Made by a program: the position numbers and the translations under genes. Positions 45,439 through 54,074 of a DNA stretch of 64,000 nt are shown one piece after another; the stretch's first letter is position 1; every line of letters starts with the position of its first letter. The stretch is from Bdellovibrionales bacterium. Its GTDB lineage: Bacteria > Bdellovibrionota > Bdellovibrionia > Bdellovibrionales > Bdellovibrionaceae. The notes under the pieces are model-generated. The model ran no database searches. It was not told the DNA's origin and was given only the letters and a program-made list of their open reading frames with translations. The DNA lies in contig JBKDFX010000097.1 of NCBI GenBank assembly GCA_046336825.1, positions 2,808 through 66,807 of the forward strand. Direction: 5' to 3'.

Positions 45439-46638
45439 ATGGCTTTGAGAGACAAAAAGAAGATTGGCCTAGTTCTAAGCGGCGGCGGCATTAAGGCTGC
45501 AGCCTTTCATATCGGGGTTTGCTTAGCTTTAAGGGAAAAGGGATTTCGCTTTGCTGGTGGACCAAAAGACCTTGTGCGTCATCAATTTCCTGAAGCAGAT
45601 CCTCTCACAATCAGGCTCTATGCAGGATCTAGTGCAGGCTCTTTCATAAGTGCCATCCTGGCTTCGGGGTTCGGTGTCGACTCACTAATTGAATCATTTA
45701 ATCTTGGTTTTACCAACTCAGCTAGGTTTGATGTTAAATCGAGAGCTCCCATTAAACCTCTACAGTATCGCCATATCTTTTCTTTGAACGGTCGAAGCCT
45801 TCTTAATTATTTACCGAGCTCTTGGAGGATATCCAATAACTTCGCCGGGGGTTTAGAAGCTCTCTTGAAGTCCGGCTTGAAGTTGAATGGCCTTTTTACA
45901 ACCCAAGGGATTGAGCAATATCTTAGGAAATATGCGTTGGTTGAAAATGAGTTCAGCCGACTTGGTGTTGAGCTTTATATAGTGGCTACTCAGCTGAACC
46001 ACACGAGAAAAGCTATTTTTGGTCCCTATGTTTCCACCACTAAAAATGACTCCACTATGTTTATTGGAGATGCTTCCATCAGTGAGGCCGTTGCTTGCTC
46101 CATTTCCCTCCCTCCCGTTTTTGCTCCCACAAAGATCACCCGTCCCGACGGTAAGGAAATTTATTTTTATGATGGTGAAATTAGAGAAACTCTCTCTGCT
46201 CACATAGCAGCTGATCACGGATGTGACCTGGTCATCTCTTCCTACTCAGTTCAACCCTATCACTTCACTGAAGAGGTCGGGAGTCTCCATCGCTTTGGCA
46301 TTCCCGTGATTTTAAATCAGGCGCTTTACCAGGTTATTCAGCAGAAAATCGCAAAGCATATCGAGTGGGATCAAAAACAAAAAGAAATCTACACTGCTGT
46401 TGACCAGTTTTTTAAAGATGAGCAACTTCCGGAGCTGGCAAGAAAGAAGATTATGGCGATTTTAGAGAAGAAAATCTATTTAAAACCAAATGTGGATTAT
46501 ATTTACATACATCCACGCGCTCAAAATCGTGAAATGTTTTTTGCTGACCATTTTAGTCTCAACCCAAAAACTCTTGAGACAGTTGTCAAAGTTGGCTTTA
46601 AGTCAGCCCTGGCCTCTTTAAGAAGCCAAGGTCTGTAA
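45439..46638 (+). CDS. patatin-like phospholipase
   Basis: 399 aa. Oxyanion GLVLSGGGIKAAAF, nucleophile elbow GSSAGS (GxSxG) and catalytic Asp context FYDGEI (DG). Confidence 0.85.
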   Translation: MALRDKKKIGLVLSGGGIKAAAFHIGVCLALREKGFRFAGGPKDLVRHQFPEADPLTIRLYAGSSAGSFISAILASGFGVDSLIESFNLGFTNSARFDVKSRAPIKPLQYRHIFSLNGRSLLNYLPSSWRISNNFAGGLEALLKSGLKLNGLFTTQGIEQYLRKYALVENEFSRLGVELYIVATQLNHTRKAIFGPYVSTTKNDSTMFIGDASISEAVACSISLPPVFAPTKITRPDGKEIYFYDGEIRETLSAHIAADHGCDLVISSYSVQPYHFTEEVGSLHRFGIPVILNQALYQVIQQKIAKHIEWDQKQKEIYTAVDQFFKDEQLPELARKKIMAILEKKIYLKPNVDYIYIHPRAQNREMFFADHFSLNPKTLETVVKVGFKSALASLRSQGL

Positions 46639-46640
46639 AA

Positions 46641-48101
46641 TTAGACGAGTGATTTTTCAACCCACTCGAGTAGTGGTCCTGATACCAAGCCCAACAATAA
46701 AGTGAGCGCTGCCGTTACAATAATTGTTATGGCTGTAGCAAAATGTCCTGAGTGAGACACATCGGCTTCACCGGGCCTCATATACATAACAACGATGGGA
46801 CGAAGGTAGTAATAAACGCTGATGACAGAATTGAGGACGCCCCAAACCGCCAACCAAATTAAGCCCTCACCAATGGCCGCGTTAAATAGGTAAAACTTAG
46901 AGAAAAACCCCAGCGAAGGTGGAAGTCCTGCCAATGAAATCATAAATATGGCAAAGCATAGGGCCAATGCGGGACTCTTTTTTGCAAATCCAGCTAGGTC
47001 ATCTACTTCTAAAGTATGGTCCTCAGTTTTTTCCATCATCGAAACTAATGCAAAGGCACCTATGGTCATAATTGAATAGGCGAAAAGGTAGAAAATGACA
47101 CTGGAGGCAGCAAAGGATCCATTCTCACTGATTCCAGCAGTCAAAAGACCCACTAGGATATAGCCAGAATGAGCAATGCTTGAATAGGCCAGCATTCGCT
47201 TCAAATTATTTTGAAGAATCGCGGCCATATTTCCAACAAGCATAGTGATAACGGCCAACCATTGGAGAATATCGAATAAGCTCTCTGATGCCACAAGAGG
47301 GCGTGTCGCTACTATTCTTAAAAAGGCGGCGAAAGAAACAACTTTTACAGCCGTGGCCATGAAGGCCGTATGCGGAGTTGGGGCTCCCTGGTAAACGTCT
47401 GGGGTCCAAGCGTGAAAGGGAGCAATAGAAACTTTAAAACAAAAACCCACCACAACAAGTACGATTCCAAATAAAAACAGTCGATTGCTCTGGATCAGCT
47501 GAACAGTGGACTCAAGAAGCTGTAAAATATTTGTGCTTCCGCCAGTTCCAAAAACAAAAGAGACGCCAAAGAGAAAAATGGCTGAGGCGAAACTTCCGAG
47601 AACAAAGTATTTAAATGCACTTTCTTTTGAAAGGCGCTGTTCGTGGCTCATTCCAATCATGACATATAAAGCCAGTGACATTGTTTCGAGCCCGATAAAG
47701 ATCATTAAAAGATCAAGGGCTGAGATAAGGATCATCATCCCCAAAATTGAGCTTAAGGTTAAGAAAACTAGCTCAGAAAACTGCACTCCGCGTGTAGCTG
47801 GGTTTTCATACATTAAAATAAGGGCTCCGGCACCAGAGGCCAAAGCAATTAAACCTGTCGTAAGAGTTATCCCATCAAAAACAAGAACGTCATTGAAGGC
47901 CGTTACACCGTCACCACCGAATGAAATTAATAGACCTGCAGCTGCCAAAATCCCTAACAAAGCCTGTGAAAGTGTGGCGATGGGGCGTTGCTCTTGATTT
48001 CCTTTTAATACCTTAATCGTAAGCGGAATTAATGAAGCAATAAATAAGGCGATCATCGGACTAACGAGGAGAATATCGCCCATGCCAATTGAAAAGTTCA
48101 T
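46641..48101 (-). CDS. nuoN: NADH-quinone oxidoreductase subunit N
   Basis: 486-aa polytopic antiporter-like subunit, last in the nuo run. It has ND2-like motifs (KVSIAPFHAWTPDVYQGAPTP, LAYSSIAHSGY). Confidence 0.9.
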   Translation of the reverse strand: MNFSIGMGDILLVSPMIALFIASLIPLTIKVLKGNQEQRPIATLSQALLGILAAAGLLISFGGDGVTAFNDVLVFDGITLTTGLIALASGAGALILMYENPATRGVQFSELVFLTLSSILGMMILISALDLLMIFIGLETMSLALYVMIGMSHEQRLSKESAFKYFVLGSFASAIFLFGVSFVFGTGGSTNILQLLESTVQLIQSNRLFLFGIVLVVVGFCFKVSIAPFHAWTPDVYQGAPTPHTAFMATAVKVVSFAAFLRIVATRPLVASESLFDILQWLAVITMLVGNMAAILQNNLKRMLAYSSIAHSGYILVGLLTAGISENGSFAASSVIFYLFAYSIMTIGAFALVSMMEKTEDHTLEVDDLAGFAKKSPALALCFAIFMISLAGLPPSLGFFSKFYLFNAAIGEGLIWLAVWGVLNSVISVYYYLRPIVVMYMRPGEADVSHSGHFATAITIIVTAALTLLLGLVSGPLLEWVEKSLV

Positions 48102-48102
48102 T

Positions 48103-49623
48103 TTACTTTGCTCCTTTTACGGTCAGCTCGTAATTGGTTTTGTTTTTGACTAGAAAATCAATGCTGGCATCGGACCATTTTAAAAAAGTGTTCGGCAATA
48201 TTCCCATCCAAAATACCATGATTACAAAAGGAACAAGTACGGCCACTTCACGTAGGCTGAGATCTTTAAGTGGGTGGTGCTCATCTTTTACCAACTCACC
48301 TTTTTCACCAAAAAAGACCCTTTTAAACATCCATAACATGTAAGCTGCTCCAAAGACCACACCCGTCACCGCAAAAGCAGCATACCACGGACTGGCTTTA
48401 AAAACTCCGAGCAGGATTAAAAATTCACCTACGAATCCGTTGGTTAGGGGAACTGCAATGGAAGAGAGCGTGATGATAAAAAAGAAGATAGTGAACAGTG
48501 GCAGCACCGAGGCCAGGCCGCCATACTTTGAAATTTCTCTTGAATGAGTTCTTTCGTATATCATACCGATGAGAATGAACAGCGCCCCAGTGCTAATCCC
48601 ATGGTTCAGCATTTGGTAAAGCCCACCCTGAAGGCCTTGATGATTCATCACAAAAAGACCCATCACTATGTAGCCCATATGTGAGACCGATGAGTAAGCA
48701 ACTAACTTTTTTATGTCTGGTTGAACCATGGCCACAAGGGCACCATATATTATTCCAACCACACCAAGGAGTATAAAGATCCAAGCCCAGTATTCGCTGG
48801 CTTCGGGAAACAGAGGTAACACCCATCGCATATAGCAGTAAGTTCCCATTTTAAGCATAACACCCGCTAATACCACAGAGCCAGGAGTCGGTGCTTCCAC
48901 GTGTGCATCAGGCAACCATGTGTGCAAAGGGAATAAAGGCACTTTGATTGCAAATGCCAAAGCAAAAGCAAAAAACAAAAGTGTTTGCATGCTAAAAAAA
49001 TCATTACCAATGAAGGGAATCTGTAATTTGTAAAAGTCCAACAAACTGGCACTCATTTGCCCAAAAGCTTGTTGTGTGAGGTACATCATGTAGATAATGG
49101 CCACCAACATCAGAACAGATCCCGCCATTGTGTAAATGAAAAACTTGAGAGTTGCGTAAATTCTTCTAGCACCTCCCCAGATGCCAACAATGAAGTACAT
49201 TGGGATAAGTGATAGCTCCCAAAAAACATAGAACAAGACGGCATCGAAAGCTAAAAAGCTTCCCAGCATGGCTGACTGTAAAATGAAAAAGCATGAATAA
49301 AATCCACGAACTTTTTCCTCAATGGATTTCCAACTCGCGAGAATAATTAGAGGCGCTAAAAAAGTCGTCAGCTGAACCAGCCAAAATGAAATTCCATCCA
49401 AGCCTAAAAAATATTGGATTCCAAACTTTTGAATCCACATGTGTTTTTCAACTAGTTGTAACTCAGCTGTACTGGGATCAAACTCCCGAAATAAAATAAG
49501 CCCAAATAGGAAGTGGCAAATTGATAAGCCTAGGGCCAAATGGCGAAGTGTTGTTTTTTGAGGCCAAGCAGCCAATATTATCGCAAAGACCAAGGGAAGA
49601 AATACAATTATCGAGAGCGTCAT
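48103..49623 (-). CDS. nuoM: NADH-quinone oxidoreductase subunit M
   Basis: 506 aa, ND4-like (KVPLFPLHTWLPDAHVEAPTPGSVVLAG, LVAYSSVSHMGY). Confidence 0.92.
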   Translation of the reverse strand: MTLSIIVFLPLVFAIILAAWPQKTTLRHLALGLSICHFLFGLILFREFDPSTAELQLVEKHMWIQKFGIQYFLGLDGISFWLVQLTTFLAPLIILASWKSIEEKVRGFYSCFFILQSAMLGSFLAFDAVLFYVFWELSLIPMYFIVGIWGGARRIYATLKFFIYTMAGSVLMLVAIIYMMYLTQQAFGQMSASLLDFYKLQIPFIGNDFFSMQTLLFFAFALAFAIKVPLFPLHTWLPDAHVEAPTPGSVVLAGVMLKMGTYCYMRWVLPLFPEASEYWAWIFILLGVVGIIYGALVAMVQPDIKKLVAYSSVSHMGYIVMGLFVMNHQGLQGGLYQMLNHGISTGALFILIGMIYERTHSREISKYGGLASVLPLFTIFFFIITLSSIAVPLTNGFVGEFLILLGVFKASPWYAAFAVTGVVFGAAYMLWMFKRVFFGEKGELVKDEHHPLKDLSLREVAVLVPFVIMVFWMGILPNTFLKWSDASIDFLVKNKTNYELTVKGAK

Positions 49624-49626
49624 CCA

Positions 49627-51561
49627 CTACCTCATCATCACAAAAGTCAAAGTTAGAACTAAACCCAACCCAATATACATGGCGTACTGCTGCAGATTTC
49701 CATTCTGTAAAGATCGAACAAAGGCGCCGCCTCCTCGAATGAGATCACTTGCCCAGTAAGTGCAACGATCAATAAAGCGAACATCGATAAAGGCCCATAT
49801 GTTTTCAGAGGCTCTCACAAGCGGATTAATAATAGTTCCAAAGTAAAGCTCATCTACGAGATATTTTTTATACACGAGCTCATAGAGAGGCTTAATTTTC
49901 TGAGTAATGGTTTCAACTGTTTCACTCTTTTTCGTGTACAGAGTATAGGCCACCAATGCTGAGATCAGAGCAAGACTGACGGAAACACCCATCAAAGTCC
50001 ACTCCATCGCGGCATCTGCCTCTGTGATACCAGGAATGGGTTTAACTATTGGGGCGAACCAGTTGGCTAATATATTTTCAGGATGCCCTGGTAAAATCGC
50101 CCCTATCACATGGGGAATTCCGACGAATCCACCTATAACAGAAAGAACTGCCAAAACAAAAAGTGGTATCAACATAATTGCTGAAGACTCGTGGGGATGA
50201 ATATCTTTGGGTACGCGGCTTTTTCCCCAAAATGTGAGCGACATCAGTCTTGTCATGTAGAAGGCTGTCATGGTGGCACCAACTACGCCTAATACCCACA
50301 ATGACCAGTGCCCCAATGGTGAGTGCCATGACATCCATAAAATTTCATCTTTGGAAAAGAAGCCAGAAAACCCAGGAGTACCAAGTATGGCAAGCCAACC
50401 CATCATGAATGTGAGGTGTGTCCATGGAAGATACTTTTTTAAACCACCCATTTTTTGGATATCTTGCTCTTCGTGCATAGCATGTATGACTGATCCCGAT
50501 CCCAAAAACATAAGGGCCTTAAAAAATGCGTGCGTCATCAAATGAAAAAATGCGGCTGTGAAGGCACCCACGCCACAAGCTAAAAACATGTAGCCCAATT
50601 GAGAAACAGTTGAATAGGCCAATACTTTTTTTATGTCGTTTTGAGTGATGCCAATGCTGGCCGCTAGTACAACTGTAAGCGCTCCAATGATGGCAATAAC
50701 TAACATCGTATTGGGGGCTGCTAAAAACATAGGATTTAATCTAACGATCATATAAACCCCGGCGGTCACCATGGTCGCGGCGTGAATTAGTGCCGAAACC
50801 GGCGTGGGGCCCGCCATGGCATCAGGTAGCCACACATAAAGGGGGATCTGCGCAGATTTGCCCGTAGCACCTATAAATAAAAAGAGCGTCCCCAGGGTCG
50901 CAACCCCCAACCAAGTGCTCTCAGCAACTGATGGAGCAAGACTATTGAGTTCTTGAATATTCAGGGTTCCATAGCTGACAAAAAGAATGAACATTCCTAT
51001 TAAGAAGGCCGCATCCCCGATTCGGTTTGTTATAAAGGCCTTCATGCCTGCAGCCGCTTTGTCTTTATCAGTAAACCAAAAGCCGATGAGCAGATAAGAG
51101 GCCAAACCCACCCCTTCCCAGCCTACAAACAAAGTTACTAAGCTGTCGCCGAGGACTAAAATCAACATGTTGAAAACGAAGAAATTTAAGTAAGAAAAAT
51201 ATTTGGCGACACCCTTATCGTGGTGCATGTATCCAATTGAAAACAGATGAATTAAAAATCCTACCCCTGTGATGATTAAAATCATCAAACTGCTCAACTG
51301 ATCGACAACAAAACCAAAGTTTATATTTAGGCTTTCGACTGTTATCCAAGATCCGTAATTTACCGCCAAACTTCGCTGATCGGCCGGCAAGTCCTGCAAC
51401 CCTAACCAGAGCAAAACCGAACAAACAAAGGAAACAAACACAGCCAGTGAGGCAATTCCTCCCGCCACGTTGGCTGAGTGGTGATTTCGTCTGATACCAT
51501 TTATCAGAAAGCCAACGAGAGGGCTTGCAAGCAGGGTGGATATCAAGATTTCATGACTCAT
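49627..51561 (-). CDS. nuoL: NADH-quinone oxidoreductase subunit L
   Basis: 644 aa, ND5-like (GKSAQIPLYVWLPDAMAGPTPVSALIHAATMVTAG, LAYSTVSQLGYM), with the long C-terminal extension typical of the lateral helix. Confidence 0.93.
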   Translation of the reverse strand: MSHEILISTLLASPLVGFLINGIRRNHHSANVAGGIASLAVFVSFVCSVLLWLGLQDLPADQRSLAVNYGSWITVESLNINFGFVVDQLSSLMILIITGVGFLIHLFSIGYMHHDKGVAKYFSYLNFFVFNMLILVLGDSLVTLFVGWEGVGLASYLLIGFWFTDKDKAAAGMKAFITNRIGDAAFLIGMFILFVSYGTLNIQELNSLAPSVAESTWLGVATLGTLFLFIGATGKSAQIPLYVWLPDAMAGPTPVSALIHAATMVTAGVYMIVRLNPMFLAAPNTMLVIAIIGALTVVLAASIGITQNDIKKVLAYSTVSQLGYMFLACGVGAFTAAFFHLMTHAFFKALMFLGSGSVIHAMHEEQDIQKMGGLKKYLPWTHLTFMMGWLAILGTPGFSGFFSKDEILWMSWHSPLGHWSLWVLGVVGATMTAFYMTRLMSLTFWGKSRVPKDIHPHESSAIMLIPLFVLAVLSVIGGFVGIPHVIGAILPGHPENILANWFAPIVKPIPGITEADAAMEWTLMGVSVSLALISALVAYTLYTKKSETVETITQKIKPLYELVYKKYLVDELYFGTIINPLVRASENIWAFIDVRFIDRCTYWASDLIRGGGAFVRSLQNGNLQQYAMYIGLGLVLTLTFVMMR

Positions 51562-51565
51562 TTTT

Positions 51566-51892
51566 CTATCCCTTTAAATGTTCGAAAAACCGAATGTTAA
51601 CTTCTTTAAATCGTTTGAAAATTGAAACCGCGAGAGCAAGTCCTACCGCTGCTTCGGCAGCAGCGATGGTCATTACGAAAAAAACCATGATTTGCCCGTC
51701 GATGTTGTTATTGTGTTTACCAAAAGCAATGAAGCTTATGTTAACCGCATTAAGCATGAGCTCGATGGACATGAGCATCACGATCGCATTTCTTCTTAAA
51801 AGAACCCCCACCATGCCCATGGAAAACAAAACAGCTGACAAAATGAGATAGTGATTGAGTCCAATTTCCGTTAACCAATTAGCGCTGGCCAT
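51566..51892 (-). CDS. nuoK: NADH-quinone oxidoreductase subunit K
   Basis: 108 aa with 3 TM, ND4L-like ([24 protein letters not shown] ... [10 protein letters not shown]). Confidence 0.92.
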   Translation of the reverse strand: MASANWLTEIGLNHYLILSAVLFSMGMVGVLLRRNAIVMLMSIELMLNAVNISFIAFGKHNNNIDGQIMVFFVMTIAAAEAAVGLALAVSIFKRFKEVNIRFFEHLKG

Positions 51893-52406
51893 GGGTTCCT
51901 CCCTTGCTTCGAGATAGAGCCACTGCTCCTACTGCGATAATTAAAAGTAAAACCCCAAGGGCTTCAAAAGCGAATATGTGCTGTGTGAAAAGCCGGTATC
52001 CGAGAGCCTTAGAAGGATCAACCGCAGCCTCGGCCACTTGCTGTGTTGGCGCCCCAGTGTTTGAGGAATAGAAAATCGCCCCAGCAAGCAATCCCGCCAG
52101 AACGCCTGCGCTTCCAATTTTTATGGCTCCTGAAATAAGCCCCTTCGAAAAGGCTTCTGCTTCATGCTTCAAATCAAAGAGCATAAGAACCATGACGAAC
52201 AAAACCATCACAGCGCCAGCGTAGACAATAAGCTGGACGCCGGCCACAAAGTAAGCTCCCAGTGTTACAAAAACAGCTGCCACTCCGACCATTGTAAAGG
52301 CCAACGCAAGAGCTGCATAGATAGGGTTTTTAACAGATATAACTGTTAATCCGCCAAGAACTGTGGCGATAGCGAGAAACCAAAATAAAAATGCATCGGC
52401 CGTCAC
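51879..52406 (-). CDS. nuoJ: NADH-quinone oxidoreductase subunit J
   Basis: 175 aa, ND6-like ([20 protein letters not shown] ... [20 protein letters not shown]). Confidence 0.88.
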   Translation of the reverse strand: MTADAFLFWFLAIATVLGGLTVISVKNPIYAALALAFTMVGVAAVFVTLGAYFVAGVQLIVYAGAVMVLFVMVLMLFDLKHEAEAFSKGLISGAIKIGSAGVLAGLLAGAIFYSSNTGAPTQQVAEAAVDPSKALGYRLFTQHIFAFEALGVLLLIIAVGAVALSRSKGGTHGQR

Positions 52407-52425
52407 TTTATACTCCTCAATTACT

Positions 52426-53580
52426 TTAAGAAACTGCGTAAATCACTGCTGCTGTTGCGATGGTGTTGGCAAGTGCCCAGGGCAGCATGGTTTTCCAACC
52501 CAAATCCATCAGTTGATCATAGCGAAAACGTGGCAACGTCCATCGAACATGGATAAAAATCCAAAGAAAAATGGCGAACTTCACATTGTAGCTTATAAAA
52601 TGAATGAGAGCATTCATACCCTGAGCTCCAATTTCAGAAAATCCCCATCCTAAAAGAGCCTGTTGAATTTCTTGAACTGTAAGGCCGGGAATTCCATAAC
52701 CACCAAAGAAAAACGTTGTGGCCAGTCCCGAAGCGATCATCATGTGACCGTACTCACCGATGAAGAACATGAGCATTTTAAATCCACCGTATTCGGTGTG
52801 AAACCCTGCCACGAGTTCCGCTTCCCCTTCGGCCAAATCGAACGGCAGTCGATTGGATTCAGCAAAGGCAGCTGCAAAAAATAAAATAAAACCAAGTGGT
52901 TGATAAAAAATTCCCCAGTTGGGAATCCAATCAAGGGTTGAGGTGACCGTGTGCCCGAAAGCCACAAACTGGAGAGGCCCTTGTTGCGCTTGGATCATAT
53001 CGGTGAGATTGAAAGTGCCGTACATAAGTATGACGCCCACAATTGAAAGACCTAAAGCCAATTCATAGGAAATAACCTGGGCCGAGGCCCTCAGCGCTCC
53101 AAGTAGGGAAAATTTAGATCCCGATCCCCAACCTGCCATTAATATTGTGTAAGCCGCCAAAGACGAAACACCCAAAATAAAAACAATTCCCACACCTATT
53201 TCGTAACCTTGAGCTCTAAGCTGGTAGGGCCCCCAGGTGGAACCAAAAAGTTCTACAGCTGGAAAGGTAAAAGGAATTGACATGGGAATTGCGGCATAAG
53301 CTAGGGTTGCTGGAATGAGTGCAAAAACAGGAGCTGCATAACATAATTGTCTGACGGCCTTGTCTGGAGCAAAGTCTTCTTTTGTTAAAAACTTAACTGC
53401 ATCAGCAAGCAGCTGCAGTAGCCCCAAGGGTCCTACACGGTTGGGGCCAAATCGATTTTGAATAAAGGCCGACCCGCGCCTTTCAAGCCAAACAAGAATC
53501 GGTACCGCCTGAACCATGAGCAAAAAAACAAGAACAAGCTTTATGCTGTTTAATGTGATTTCAAAAATATCATTTCCCAT
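52426..53580 (-). CDS. nuoH: NADH-quinone oxidoreductase subunit H
   Basis: 384 aa, ND1-like (ERRGSAFIQNRFGPNRVGPLGLLQLLADAVKF ... AESNRLPFDLAEGEAELVAGFHTEY). Confidence 0.93.
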   Translation of the reverse strand: MGNDIFEITLNSIKLVLVFLLMVQAVPILVWLERRGSAFIQNRFGPNRVGPLGLLQLLADAVKFLTKEDFAPDKAVRQLCYAAPVFALIPATLAYAAIPMSIPFTFPAVELFGSTWGPYQLRAQGYEIGVGIVFILGVSSLAAYTILMAGWGSGSKFSLLGALRASAQVISYELALGLSIVGVILMYGTFNLTDMIQAQQGPLQFVAFGHTVTSTLDWIPNWGIFYQPLGFILFFAAAFAESNRLPFDLAEGEAELVAGFHTEYGGFKMLMFFIGEYGHMMIASGLATTFFFGGYGIPGLTVQEIQQALLGWGFSEIGAQGMNALIHFISYNVKFAIFLWIFIHVRWTLPRFRYDQLMDLGWKTMLPWALANTIATAAVIYAVS

Positions 53581-53961
53581 TTAGTCCCACTCCAAAGCTC
53601 GTGACTTAACTTCCCACCAAAGACCGTAAATAAAGATTCCTAAAAATAAAGCCATTGAAACTACAATGGGAGTCCCCATTCCACTCGCAATAAAATCTTT
53701 AAAAGAGATGGCCCAGGGGTACATAAAGATAATTTCAATATCAAATAGGATGAATAAGATCGCCGTGAGATAAAATTTAACCGAAACCTTTGATTCTTTT
53801 TTGTCCTGCCCTGGGATTCCACACTCGTAAATATCTCTTTTAATACTGGAATTGTTTTTGCGCTGTCCGCCGATGGCTCGAGCGAGAAAAATCAAAACCG
53901 TTCCAAATATAGCAATAAAGATGGTCAGAAATATTATTCCGCCAATAGGCATTGTTGACAC
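53581..53961 (-). CDS. nuoA: NADH-quinone oxidoreductase subunit A
   Basis: 126 aa, ND3-like (YECGIPG ... KFYLTAILFILFDIEIIFMYPW). Its TAA stop abuts the nuoH ATG with no spacer. Confidence 0.92.
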   Translation of the reverse strand: MSTMPIGGIIFLTIFIAIFGTVLIFLARAIGGQRKNNSSIKRDIYECGIPGQDKKESKVSVKFYLTAILFILFDIEIIFMYPWAISFKDFIASGMGTPIVVSMALFLGIFIYGLWWEVKSRALEWD

Positions 53962-54074
53962 ACGACCCCCTCAAAGGTGATTCACCTGGATGTTCGACAA
54001 CTAATCATTATGGTGATTGCATCAAAGTACGCTTCAGTTATAGTCGGATGTTCAGTGATTTCCAAGAATTATGA

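Noticed and set aside
45439-46638. The patatin-like phospholipase as the effector of a CBASS-like or other anti-phage defence system.
   Set aside because: No cyclase/CD-NTase, sensor NTPase or other partner gene is adjacent. The neighbours are an HTH protein and nuoN. A stand-alone patatin gene is common housekeeping or accessory content.
47506-47997. A 163-aa ORF on the + strand inside nuoN. Similar long shadow ORFs occur at 13212-13610, 26589-26990, 45853-46218 and 56649-57017, and in another frame on the same strand at 33074-33550.
   Set aside because: All lie entirely within strongly supported genes. Their Lys/Arg/Ser/Pro-rich, low-complexity translations are typical of antisense or off-frame reading of real coding sequence. 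None has an SD or a recognisable motif.
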